A stretch of DNA of 53,814 nt from Oscillospiraceae bacterium (GCA_031550755.1 JAVBOJ010000010.1:1-53814); one strand, 5' to 3'. Shown: positions 17,761-26,382, counted from the stretch's first letter. The notes: generated by a model from the letters alone, not told the origin. Numbers and translations: made by a program.

Positions 17761-18024
17761 GTAAGCTTTCCCGGAAACCGTATTGATGTTCCCGCATAAA
17801 GCGCCTTGGTGTCCAATCAATACATATTCGCCGTCGTGAGTGTATTTCTCCGAATATCCTCTTAACCCGTTTTCTCCATATACTGGATATTTGCCTGCTT
17901 CGAATATGTCTTTTGAGGTTATATTACTACCGCTCCTAAAGTTGGAACCTACCTCCCCCAACGCCCGCTGCTCCCAAGCGTAACAATGTGTTAACCCAAA
18001 CAATAACCCACTGGAGCCTGCCAT
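17752..18024 (-). pseudogene. hsdS: Type I R-M specificity subunit (HsdS) N-terminal fragment
   Basis: WEQRALGEV...YPVYGENGLRGYSEKYTHDGEYVLIGHQGALCGNINTVSGKAYISEHA is a typical HsdS target-recognition-domain start. Beyond ISEHA the ORF merely reads antisense to hsdR. Confidence 0.7.
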
Positions 18025-18116
18025 TCGTAGGGGAACAGATCAATGCCCCCCCTCCTCGCCTTGGATTCCGCCATTTTTTATGATATGATAACAAAAACAT
18101 CATGAGGGATGATCGT

Positions 18117-19445
18117 ATGTCGAGCAAAAACACCGCCGCGCCGACCCCGCCGATGGGCTGGAACAGCTGGGACTGTTACGGCGCGTCGGTCAACGAGGAG
18201 CAGCTCCTCGGCAACGCCGCATATATGGCCGCCCACCTCAAGCCGTTCGGCTGGGAATATGTCGTGTGTGACATCCAATGGTATGAGCCGCAAGCGAAAT
18301 CCCATGATTACAACGCGTTTTTTCCGCTGGAGATGGACGCGTTTTCCCGGTTGCAGCCCGCGCCCAATCGGTTCCCCTCGGCGGCGGATGGGCGGGGCTT
18401 TCGCCCCGTGGCCGACAAAATCCACGCCATGGGGCTGAAATTCGGCATTCATATCATGCGCGGCATTCCGCGCCAGGCGGTGCATCAAAACACCCCCCTC
18501 CTCGGCTGCAACCAAACCGCCCGCGACATCGCCCACCCCTTCTCGCTCTGCCCGTGGAACACCGATATGTACGGCCTCAACCCCGACGCGCCCGGCGCAC
18601 GGGTCTATTACGAGTCCCTGTTCGCGCTGTACGCCTCGTGGGGGGCGGAGTTCGTCAAGGTGGACGACATCGCCAACACCGAATATACGCCCCACAACCC
18701 CTATGCGGCGCGGCGGGAGATCGAGCTCATCCGCGACGCCATCGACGCCTGCGGCCGCCCCATGGTGCTCAGTCTGTCGCCCGGCCCCGCGCCGATCGAG
18801 CAGGCGGAGCATCTGCGAACCCACGCCAACATGTGGCGTTTGACCGGCGATTTTTGGGACGGCTGGGAGCAGCTGTACCGTATGTTTGACACCTGTCACC
18901 GCTGGAGCCCCTATGTCAGCCCCGGCTGCTGGCCGGATTGCGACATGCTGCCGCTGGGGCTGCTGGCCGTCTGCAACAACCCGGCGCGCCAAACGGCCCG
19001 GCCAACCAACTTCACCCCGGAGGAGCAGCGCACCATGCTGACGCTGTGGTGCATCTTCCGTTCGCCGCTGATGCTGGGCTGCGAGCTGCGCGCGCTGGAC
19101 GAGGCCACCCTGCGGCTGATCACCAACCGGGAGGTGCTGGGCCTGCTGAAAAACACCGCCGGGGCGCGTCAGCTTACACGCACGGGCGATACGGTCATCT
19201 GGGGCTCGTCCGACGACGAGGGCCGTGCCGTGGCAGCGTTTTTCAATCTCTCCTGCGCCGAGACGCATCCGTCCCTCCCGCTTGCGCGGCTGGGGTCGTT
19301 CCGGACCGCCGCCGTGCGGGATCTCTGGCGCGGGGCGGAGCTGGGGACGGTGTCCGGCCATGTCGGCGTCACCCTGCCGCCCCACGGCGCGGCGCTGCTG
19401 CGGCTGACACCGGACGCGGACTCGGCATCTCCGCTTGACGAATAG
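18117..19445 (+). CDS. Glycoside hydrolase family 27 (alpha-galactosidase-like)
   Basis: It contains PPMGWNSWDCYG and VCDIQWYEP and has a C-terminal beta-sandwich-length tail. A GAGGGA RBS precedes ATG 18117; the alternative start is 18102. Confidence 0.75.
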   Translation: MSSKNTAAPTPPMGWNSWDCYGASVNEEQLLGNAAYMAAHLKPFGWEYVVCDIQWYEPQAKSHDYNAFFPLEMDAFSRLQPAPNRFPSAADGRGFRPVADKIHAMGLKFGIHIMRGIPRQAVHQNTPLLGCNQTARDIAHPFSLCPWNTDMYGLNPDAPGARVYYESLFALYASWGAEFVKVDDIANTEYTPHNPYAARREIELIRDAIDACGRPMVLSLSPGPAPIEQAEHLRTHANMWRLTGDFWDGWEQLYRMFDTCHRWSPYVSPGCWPDCDMLPLGLLAVCNNPARQTARPTNFTPEEQRTMLTLWCIFRSPLMLGCELRALDEATLRLITNREVLGLLKNTAGARQLTRTGDTVIWGSSDDEGRAVAAFFNLSCAETHPSLPLARLGSFRTAAVRDLWRGAELGTVSGHVGVTLPPHGAALLRLTPDADSASPLDE

Positions 19446-19548
19446 CGCGAAAACAGATATACTGAGGCGGGGACGAGTGTATATTTAGAGAGAAAGTGAT
19501 ATATACTCATAGCGGACAGAGTCGTTTTCTTGTCAGGGAGAGGGTATT

Positions 19549-20769
19549 ATGTTGACCGTCGGTCAGTACATAGACAGTTTCTTCCCCGCCGTGGACGGGG
19601 TCATCCTCACCGTCAAAAACTACGCCCATTGGCTCAACGCCGAGCATGGGCGCAGTTATGTCGTTGCGCCCGAAGCGCCCGGCTATGAGGATCATGAGAG
19701 TTTCCCGGTCTACCGCATCGCGTCGCTGCCGCTGGCGGTGCGTCCGCCGTATCGCATCGGCGTGCCGCTCGACCCGGATTTTCGCCGCGCCGCGCGGTTT
19801 GAGCGCCCCGATATCCTCCACGCGCACAGCCCCTTCGGGTTGGCGCGCGCGGCCCAAACCTGGGCCGCCAAGCACAAAATTCCGGTGGTGGCCACCTTTC
19901 ATTCCAAATTTTATGATGACTTTTTGGAGGTCGTCAAAAACGAAACCCTCGCCCGCAATATGACCAAAACCGTCATGAGCTTTTTCAACCGCGCCGACGA
20001 GGTGTGGACGGTCAATCACGCCACCGCCCAGACCCTGTATGAGTATGGTTTTCGCCGCGAGGCGGTCATCATGCCCAACGGCGTGGACATCGAATATCCG
20101 CAGGAGCCCGACGCCGCCCGCGCGGCGGCCCGGCGCACCTTCGGCCTCACCGACGATGTGTTTACCCTGCTGTTTGTGGGGCAGCAAATCTGGCAGAAAA
20201 ACCTCAAAACCCTGCTGGAGGCCTGCGCCCTGCTGCGGCGCGCCGGCCTTCCCTTCCGGCTCGTGATGGCCGGCGAGGGCGTCGCTGCCGGGGAGATCAA
20301 GGGGCTGTCGGCCGACCTCGGCCTGAACGACAACGCGGTGTTCACCGGCGTCGTGCGCGACCGGGCGCTTCTCTTGGGACTGTACTTATGCGCCGATCTG
20401 TTTTTGTTCCCGTCGGTGTACGACAACGCGCCGCTGGTGGTGCGCGAGGCGGCGGCCATGGGCTGCCCGTCGCTGCTGGTCAAGCACAGCAACGCCGCCG
20501 ACGGCGTCATCGACCGGCAAAACGGGTTTTTGGCGGAGAATTCCGCCGAGGCCATCGCCACCTATGTGTTGGAGCTGGCGGCCAATCCGGCGCTGCGCGC
20601 CGCCGCCGGAGCCTCCGCGCGCGAAACCATTCCCGTCTCGTGGCGGCAGGTGGCCCAGCGCGCCGCCGGACAATATGAACGGGTCATCCGTGAATACGCC
20701 GAAAAACACGGCGCCATGCCGCTGTCCAACTGGCAGCGCATGAAAAACGCCATGACGTTTAAACAATAA
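19549..20769 (+). CDS. Family 4 glycosyltransferase (diacylglycerol glycosyltransferase-like)
   Basis: The N-terminus FFPAVDGVILTVKNYA...ILHAHSPFG is followed by a C-terminal GT4 motif region ...LFLFPSVYDNAPLVVREAAAMGCP. Confidence 0.75.
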   Translation: MLTVGQYIDSFFPAVDGVILTVKNYAHWLNAEHGRSYVVAPEAPGYEDHESFPVYRIASLPLAVRPPYRIGVPLDPDFRRAARFERPDILHAHSPFGLARAAQTWAAKHKIPVVATFHSKFYDDFLEVVKNETLARNMTKTVMSFFNRADEVWTVNHATAQTLYEYGFRREAVIMPNGVDIEYPQEPDAARAAARRTFGLTDDVFTLLFVGQQIWQKNLKTLLEACALLRRAGLPFRLVMAGEGVAAGEIKGLSADLGLNDNAVFTGVVRDRALLLGLYLCADLFLFPSVYDNAPLVVREAAAMGCPSLLVKHSNAADGVIDRQNGFLAENSAEAIATYVLELAANPALRAAAGASARETIPVSWRQVAQRAAGQYERVIREYAEKHGAMPLSNWQRMKNAMTFKQ

Positions 20770-20785
20770 GGGGGGGCGCGGCTGT

Positions 20786-21952
20786 ATGCGCGATTTCAGC
20801 TATCACAATCAGACCCACATTGTCTTCGGCAAAAATTCCGAGGCGCAGACCGGCGCGCTGGCCCGCGCGGTATCCGACAAGGTGCTGCTGCACTACGGCG
20901 GAGGCTCGGTCGTGCGTTCGGGGCTGCTCGACCGGGTGAAGGCGTCGCTGCGGGACGCCGGAGTGGCGTTTGTCGAGCTTGGCGGGGTCTGTCCCAATCC
21001 GCGGCTGTCGCTTGTGCGCGAGGGCATTGCCCTCTGCCGCAAGGAAATTCTCGGCTGTATTCTGGCCGTCGGCGGCGGCAGCGTCATCGATTCGGCCAAG
21101 GCCGTCGGCATGGGTGCCGTCTATGACGGCGACGTTTGGGACTTCTTCTGCGGCAAGCCGTTTCCCGGCACCCTGCCGCTCGGCGTCGTGCTGACCATCC
21201 CGGCCGCCGGCAGCGAATCGAGCACCGATGCCGTCATCACCAACGAGGATGGCTGGCTCAAGCGCGGCTCCTGCGCGTCCGAAGGGATGCGCCCGGTGTT
21301 CGCCGTGCTCAATCCCGCGCTGACCTTTACCCTGCCGCCCTATCAGACGGCGGCGGGCGTTTCCGATATCATGGCGCACGTCATGGAGCGCTATCTGGTG
21401 GACGAGGGCGGTGTGGACGTCACCGACCGGCTGTGTGAGGCGGTGCTGCGCGGCGTGATGCACAGCGCGCCGATCGTACTGGAGCGCCCGGAGGATTACA
21501 ATGCGCGCGCCGAGATCATGTGGGCCGGCACACTGGCGCACAACAACCTGCTGGGCGTCGGCCGCCGGGGCGACTGGTGCTCCCATCGGCTGGGGCACGA
21601 GCTGTCGGCGCTCTATGACGCCACCCACGGCGCGACGCTGTCGGTCATGTTCCCGGCGTGGATGAAATATGTGTACAAGCAAAATCTGCCGCGCTTCGCG
21701 CAGTTTGCCCACAGGGTGATGGAGGTCTCCTGGGATCCGTGGGATTTGGACGGCATGGCGCTGGAGGGCATCCGCCGGCTGGAGGCGTTTTTTGTCCGGC
21801 TGGGTCTGCCGGTCACCATCCGCGGGCTTGGGGTGGAGAATCCCGACATCGCCGATATGGCGCGCAAGGCGACGATGCTGGATGCGAGCTTCGGCGGGCT
21901 GGTGCGGCTCGACCGCGCCGCGATTGAGGCCGTGTACCGGCTGGCGGTATAA
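20786..21952 (+). CDS. Iron-containing (group III) alcohol dehydrogenase, butanol dehydrogenase/YqhD-like
   Basis: It carries GGGSVIDSAKA and the metal-binding histidines in HVMERY / HRLGHELS. Confidence 0.85.
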   Translation: MRDFSYHNQTHIVFGKNSEAQTGALARAVSDKVLLHYGGGSVVRSGLLDRVKASLRDAGVAFVELGGVCPNPRLSLVREGIALCRKEILGCILAVGGGSVIDSAKAVGMGAVYDGDVWDFFCGKPFPGTLPLGVVLTIPAAGSESSTDAVITNEDGWLKRGSCASEGMRPVFAVLNPALTFTLPPYQTAAGVSDIMAHVMERYLVDEGGVDVTDRLCEAVLRGVMHSAPIVLERPEDYNARAEIMWAGTLAHNNLLGVGRRGDWCSHRLGHELSALYDATHGATLSVMFPAWMKYVYKQNLPRFAQFAHRVMEVSWDPWDLDGMALEGIRRLEAFFVRLGLPVTIRGLGVENPDIADMARKATMLDASFGGLVRLDRAAIEAVYRLAV

Positions 21953-21979
21953 ACACAAAAAGCCGCCCCGCAAGACGGC

Positions 21980-22008
21980 TTGGCAAACGGAAAATATTGC
22001 GGTAAAAT
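21980..22008 (+). promoter_or_regulatory. Promoter of the candidate antisense sRNA
   Basis: TTGGCA (21980-21985), 17-bp spacer, TAAAAT (22003-22008). Confidence 0.5.
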
Positions 22009-22012
22009 AGAC

Positions 22013-22108
22013 GCAGAGGGTAGGCCGTTTTGAACGGTTCGCCCAAGTTAGTAATTTATTCGAAAGAAATAAACCGAACCTCTGGCGGGGGCGGTTTATT
22101 TCTTTTTG
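22013..22108 (+). ncRNA. Candidate ~95-nt antisense sRNA (type I antitoxin-like)
   Basis: It starts just after the promoter above and contains the hairpin CCGTT-ttg-AACGG. It ends in a 12-bp-stem terminator plus TTTTT (22103-22107). It is fully complementary to the 3' end of the minus-strand toxin mRNA, including its last codons. Confidence 0.45.
22065..22107. terminator. Bidirectional intrinsic terminator shared by the toxin mRNA and the antisense sRNA
   Basis: AGAAATAAACCG (22065-22076) pairs perfectly with CGGTTTATTTCT (22092-22103). T-rich tracts follow on both strands. Confidence 0.7.
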
Positions 22109-22182
22109 TCCATATATCGAATCAGCGAAACAACAAACGCCGCAAATGCGATCATAAGCGTCAACGCTTCATACGTAGACAA
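22096..22182 (-). CDS. 28-aa holin-like (Hol-Tox type) small hydrophobic toxin candidate
   Basis: TTG start with GGAGG 9 nt upstream. The product is MSTYEALTLMIAFAAFVVSLIRYMDKKK, a single TM segment with a lysine tail. This matches my memory of the 'putative holin-like toxin' family (MS.YEAL.LM..F). It is too short for the ORF track. Confidence 0.55.
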   Translation of the reverse strand: MSTYEALTLMIAFAAFVVSLIRYMDKKK

Positions 22183-22457
22183 AGTCCATCACCTCCTTCC
22201 GGAGGCGTAGGTAATCACTGATCAAATCCTCACACGCCATCTTGGCGTGTAATTGGCCCCCACTCATCGCCGATTTATTCAGTAATTACTTAGGCAAACC
22301 GTCCCGATCCGGAAGCGCGTATGCCTCGAGCAGGGAGGCCAAGACGCGACAAGGCCGGGAAAACCAAGCCGCGCCGCAGCGCGACTGTTTTCTCGGACTG
22401 AGAGCGGCTTAGGCGACCGACCGCGAGAGGCTGGACGCGTGACAGCTACCCTCTGCT
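22183..22457 (-). promoter_or_regulatory. ~270-nt structured 5' leader of the toxin ORF with an SD-sequestering hairpin
   Basis: On the minus strand CCTCC-GGAA-GGAGG (22205..22192) pairs the SD with an anti-SD. Other elements are the hairpin ACACGCCA-tct-TGGCGTGT (22232-22250) and the stem CCTAAGCCGC/GCGGCTTGG. No convincing ORF is present. Confidence 0.5.
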
Positions 22458-22463
22458 GTGGAA

Positions 22464-22492
22464 ATTGTACGGCATTTGTCGAAATGTGTCAA
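22464..22492 (-). promoter_or_regulatory. Consensus promoter of the toxin transcript
   Basis: On the minus strand, TTGACA (22492..22487), a 17-bp spacer and TACAAT (22469..22464). Confidence 0.6.
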
Positions 22493-22525
22493 GCAGATAC
22501 CCGGGACGCCCTCCAGAACGGAGCT

Positions 22526-23866
22526 CTACGTCACCTTGTTCATCCATTTTCCCGACAGCGCGCGCACCCCGCAGACGACGCATTTAAACAGCATCTCGGC
22601 GTGCACCAGCAGCACGCAGGCCCAGATGGGGAAGCCGAAAACCCGCACGCTGAGGAAGGCCAGCGGGACGCCGATGGCCCAGACGGCCACGATGTCCATA
22701 AGCAGCGAAAACTTCGTGTCGCCGCCGCTGCGCAGGATGCCCACCATGATGGCGTACTCGACGCAGCGGATCGGCATCATGATCGCCGTCACCCAGAGCA
22801 CCTGCCGGGTCAACTCGGCCTCCAGCGGCGTGACCTTGAACAGTCCCGGCAGCAGCGGGATGACCAGCGCCAGCACAAGGCCCAGCGCCACACCCAAAAT
22901 GCCGGTCAGCCCCAGCACTTTCCGGGCGTACCGCAGCGCGGTGTCCCGGCGGCCCGCGCCCAGCTCATGCCCCAGAATGACGGCGCAGGCATTGCCCATG
23001 CCGTAGGACAGCACAATAAACAGATTGAACACCACGCCGGAGATCTGCACCGCCGTTTGGGCGGGGGTCCCGGCGTATTTATAGGCCGCGTTGTAGAGCG
23101 AATTGCCCACCGACCAGCTCAGCTCCACCAGAATGACAAACCCGGCGGTACGGAAAAACTTCGCGGCAAACGCCCGCCCGAAGCGCAGCAGTCCGCGCAG
23201 GGGCGCGGCCACCGGCATTTTTTTCGCGTAGACCAGCGCGGCCAGCACCGTGATCTCCACGGCGCGCGCGACAGACGTGGCGATGGCAGCGCCGTTTGTG
23301 CCGAGAGCCGGGAAGCCCAGCAGGCCAAAGATCAGCACGGCGTTGAGCCCGGCGTTGACCAGCAGGGCGATGACCGTGGTGAACAGCGCGGGGCGCGGCT
23401 GGCCGACGGCTCGCAGGCCCATGGAAAAACAGTAGGCGACGGCGGTGAACACATAGCTCGGCGCAACCCGCGTCAGATAACCCGCGCCGATTTCAATGAC
23501 CGCCGGATCGGCCGAATAGACCGACATCAGCGCGCGCGGGAAAAACAGCGCCAAGCCCGCAAACAGCACGGCCGCAGCCAGTGAGCAGGTCAGCATGAGG
23601 CTGACGGTTTTGTGGATCCCGGCCTCATCGCGGTTTTCGCCCCAAAATTGGGCGATAAAAATCATGCCGCCGCTGGAAATGCCAAACAACAGCACGGTGT
23701 AGATCATAAACACCTGATTGGCCAGCCCGACGGCGGTAATTTCCGCGCCGCCCAGCCGCCCGACCATGAAATTATCCAGCAGGTTGATGGCGCTGCCCAA
23801 AAACTGCTGCATAACGATGGGCAGTCCCAACCGCAGGATTTTTTTAGAAAAGGAAATGTCCTCCAT
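22526..23866 (-). CDS. MATE family efflux transporter
   Basis: MEDISFSKKILRLGLPIVMQQFLGSAINLLDNFMVGRLGGAEITAVGLANQ is the canonical MATE N-terminus, and the protein has 12 TM segments. The upstream 153 codons of the track ORF are non-coding-like. Confidence 0.88.
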   Translation of the reverse strand: MEDISFSKKILRLGLPIVMQQFLGSAINLLDNFMVGRLGGAEITAVGLANQVFMIYTVLLFGISSGGMIFIAQFWGENRDEAGIHKTVSLMLTCSLAAAVLFAGLALFFPRALMSVYSADPAVIEIGAGYLTRVAPSYVFTAVAYCFSMGLRAVGQPRPALFTTVIALLVNAGLNAVLIFGLLGFPALGTNGAAIATSVARAVEITVLAALVYAKKMPVAAPLRGLLRFGRAFAAKFFRTAGFVILVELSWSVGNSLYNAAYKYAGTPAQTAVQISGVVFNLFIVLSYGMGNACAVILGHELGAGRRDTALRYARKVLGLTGILGVALGLVLALVIPLLPGLFKVTPLEAELTRQVLWVTAIMMPIRCVEYAIMVGILRSGGDTKFSLLMDIVAVWAIGVPLAFLSVRVFGFPIWACVLLVHAEMLFKCVVCGVRALSGKWMNKVT

Positions 23867-23946
23867 ACGCCGCCGTCCATTATAAAAAACCTTTGCCGCG
23901 CGCGGCAAGTCGTTCCAGTATATCACCCTTTCGGCGGTTTTACAAG

Positions 23947-24228
23947 TTAAACTAGGTATTCCATATAATGCCGCACCACGTCGCGCGCCCGGGCGATATG
24001 CCGGCAGACCACCGACGGATGCACGCCCCATAGGTCGGCAATCTCCTTTTGCGACAGCCCCTCGCCCACATGCAGGCGGAAGGCCTCCCGCTGGCGCTCG
24101 GTGAGCTCGCGGCGCATGACCCGGCTCATCAGAGCGCCGGTTTTTTGCCACAGCGCGGCGTTGTCCCCCTCGGAGTACAGCTCGCTCCACAGCGCCGCGC
24201 GGCGGCGGGCGTCCGGCGGCCGGCTCAT
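23947..24228 (-). CDS. Small sigma-70 region-4-like HTH protein (93 aa)
   Basis: It contains LTERQREAFRLHVGEGLSQKEIADLWGVHPSVVCRHIARA. Its start forms an ATGA overlap with the upstream ORF. Confidence 0.6.
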   Translation of the reverse strand: MSRPPDARRRAALWSELYSEGDNAALWQKTGALMSRVMRRELTERQREAFRLHVGEGLSQKEIADLWGVHPSVVCRHIARARDVVRHYMEYLV

Positions 24229-24434
24229 GAGGTGCGCCTCCTGAGATAACGCTCGATTTGGGCGGCGGTGTCGCGCGCCTCCCGCCACATCTCATACAGC
24301 ATCTCGACGCGTTTTTGGCGGGCATAGGCCGGGGAGTCGTCCTCCGGCAGCCGCCGCACGGCTTTCAGCCGGCCATACAGCCGCTCGGCCTGAGCCTGGG
24401 ATTCGTCGCGCAGCGCCTCCAACGTCACGCCCAC
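24225..24434 (-). CDS. Hypothetical helical protein (69 aa)
   Basis: Overlaps at both ends indicate translational coupling to both neighbours. I do not recognise a family. Confidence 0.45.
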   Translation of the reverse strand: MGVTLEALRDESQAQAERLYGRLKAVRRLPEDDSPAYARQKRVEMLYEMWREARDTAAQIERYLRRRTS

Positions 24435-24613
24435 TCCTCCTCACGGCTCGGCGTCTGCCGCAGGCAGTCGGCAAAAAACATCTCGGCATAGCCGCCAAGG
24501 CAGTCGGGACAGACGATTTCTCCGCCGATCTCGTAGCACGGGTCGCCCGGATACAATGCGCAGCCATACCGGCACAGGCGCGTGGGCGGACGATTTTGTG
24601 GATCGGAAAACAT
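24425..24613 (-). CDS. Hypothetical Cys-rich (zinc-ribbon-like) protein (62 aa)
   Basis: MFSDPQNRPPTRLCRYGCALYPGDPCYEIGGEIVCPDCLGGY contains CxxxC...CxxC. A GAGGTG RBS lies 5 nt before ATG 24613. Confidence 0.45.
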   Translation of the reverse strand: MFSDPQNRPPTRLCRYGCALYPGDPCYEIGGEIVCPDCLGGYAEMFFADCLRQTPSREEEWA

Positions 24614-24826
24614 ACAAACACCTCGATTCGTGTTGCTCAATCTCTTGTCGTATGTAAGTCTTTTTAGTTTCTGACTTCACTATACTACACATAACGTGTA
24701 TCGTCAAGCCAAAAACATTGAGATGGCGTAGCAAAACCCGCCGGTTTGTGATATACTTCAAAGTTGAGGACTGCTTCATTTATTGTGCGCTACTTTATTC
24801 TATTCAAAAAAAACGGAGGGACACCC

Positions 24827-26260
24827 ATGCGCAAAACAAAAATCGTGGCTACGCTCGGCCCGGCGACCGATTCGGAGGAAATCCTGCGCGGATTGCTCGA
24901 CGCCGGCATGGACGTGGCGCGCTTCAATTTTTCCCACGGAGATTATGAGGAGCAGGCCGCGCGGCTGGCGCTGGCCCGCGCGGTCGCGGTGGAAAAGGGC
25001 ATCCCGCTGGCCATGCTGGCCGATACCAAGGGGCCTGAGGTGCGGCTGGGTGTGTTTGAGGAGGGCCGCGTAACCCTGACCGAGGGGCAGAAATTTTCGC
25101 TGGTCACCGTCGATTGCAAGGGCGACGCCGCCCATGTGTCGGTGTCATACGCCGAGCTGCCGCGCGACGTGACGCGCGGGTCGCATATTTTGCTGGACGA
25201 CGGGCTCATTGAGCTGGCAGTGGACAGCGTGTCGGACACCGAGATCGTCACGACGGTGCTCAACGGCGGCGTCATCTCGTCGCGCAAGGGCGTCAACATT
25301 CCCGGCGCACAGCTCTCCATGCCGTTTCTCAGCAGCCGCGACCGCGCCGACCTGCGCTTTGTGGTGGAGCAGCGGTTTGATTTCATCGCGGCGTCGTTTA
25401 CCCGCTGCGCCGAGGACATCAAGGATCTGCGCGAGGAGCTGACGCGGCTGGACGGGGACTATATCCGCGTCATTGCCAAGATCGAAAACGCGCAGGGTGT
25501 CGCCAATATCGAGGAAATTCTGGCCGCCGCCGACGGCATTATGGTGGCGCGCGGCGATATGGGCGTGGAGATTCCGCTGGAAGAGCTGCCGATCATTCAA
25601 AAGGAGCTCATCAAAAAATGCTACCGCATGGGCAAGCAGGTCATCACGGCCACCCAGATGCTGGATTCCATGATGAAAAACCCCCGTCCCACCCGCGCCG
25701 AGACCTGCGACGTGGCCAACGCCATTTATGATGGCACCAGCGCCATCATGCTGTCGGGCGAAACCGCCGCCGGCAAGTATCCGGTCGAGGCGGTCAAAAC
25801 CATGGCGCGCATCGCGTTGCGCACCGAGCGGGACATAGACTACAAAAAACGCTTCCGCAACCGCGAACCGGACGAGCATCAGAACATCACGAGCGCCATT
25901 TCCCACGCCACCTGCACCACGGCGCACGATCTGGGCGCCGCCGCCATCATCACGGTCACCCAGTCGGGCGTCACGGCGCGCGGCATTTCCAAATACCGCC
26001 CGGCGGTGCCCATCATCTGCTGCAGTCCGCTCCCGCATGTCCAGCGGCAGATGAACATGTCGTGGGGCGTGTCCTCCCTGCTGACGACCGAGCAGAAAAG
26101 CAGCGACGAGCTGTTTGCCCAGGCGGTGGAGGTCTCGCAAAAGGCCGGGCTGATTCAGGACGGCGACCTGGTGGTGCTGACCGCCGGCCTGCCGCTGGGC
26201 AAAACCGGTACGACCAATATGCTGCGGGTGCATGTGGTGGGCGACCCGATCAGAGTGTAG
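24827..26260 (+). CDS. pyk: Pyruvate kinase
   Basis: It contains MRKTKIVATLGPATDS, MVARGDMGVEIP and the MLSGETAAGKYP motif. An ACGGAGGG RBS is present. Confidence 0.93.
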   Translation: MRKTKIVATLGPATDSEEILRGLLDAGMDVARFNFSHGDYEEQAARLALARAVAVEKGIPLAMLADTKGPEVRLGVFEEGRVTLTEGQKFSLVTVDCKGDAAHVSVSYAELPRDVTRGSHILLDDGLIELAVDSVSDTEIVTTVLNGGVISSRKGVNIPGAQLSMPFLSSRDRADLRFVVEQRFDFIAASFTRCAEDIKDLREELTRLDGDYIRVIAKIENAQGVANIEEILAAADGIMVARGDMGVEIPLEELPIIQKELIKKCYRMGKQVITATQMLDSMMKNPRPTRAETCDVANAIYDGTSAIMLSGETAAGKYPVEAVKTMARIALRTERDIDYKKRFRNREPDEHQNITSAISHATCTTAHDLGAAAIITVTQSGVTARGISKYRPAVPIICCSPLPHVQRQMNMSWGVSSLLTTEQKSSDELFAQAVEVSQKAGLIQDGDLVVLTAGLPLGKTGTTNMLRVHVVGDPIRV

Positions 26261-26330
26261 ATAACAGTTAACCGATAGCGGCGTCTCCCAGCCCCCTTTA
26301 TAAAAGGGGGTGCCCCGAAGGGCCGGGGGA
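26261..26330. repeat. Heptad units ATAACAG TTAACCG ATAGCGG followed by the hairpin units CCCCCTTT-ata-AAAGGGGG and CCCCG-aagggc-CGGGG
   Basis: Read directly from the sequence. The region begins immediately after the pyk TAG stop. Confidence 0.75.
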
Positions 26331-26382
26331 TTGCTCACTATTTTCCCGCCCTGCGGCATACAATAGAAAAAGGACGATTTCC

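Noticed and set aside
22030-22221. A 63-aa plus-strand ORF in the toxin region.
   Set aside because: It is antisense to the small toxin ORF and runs through the terminator. It has no RBS, and its Arg/Lys-rich product has no recognisable domain.
22183-22457. The structured leader as a housekeeping RNA (RNase P, tmRNA, SRP or 6S).
   Set aside because: None of the signatures are present: the RNase P GGAAAGTCCGGGC/ACAGAA boxes, the tmRNA acceptor/T-arm ends and tag ORF, the SRP GGAAGCAGCC loop, or 6S end-to-end pairing. The region remains unclassified pending an Rfam search.
21953-24640. A prophage remnant, suggested by the holin-like ORF plus the sigma-like small genes.
   Set aside because: There are no capsid, tail, terminase, integrase or lysin genes and no att-like repeats around the region. 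The MATE gene in the middle is ordinary chromosomal cargo.
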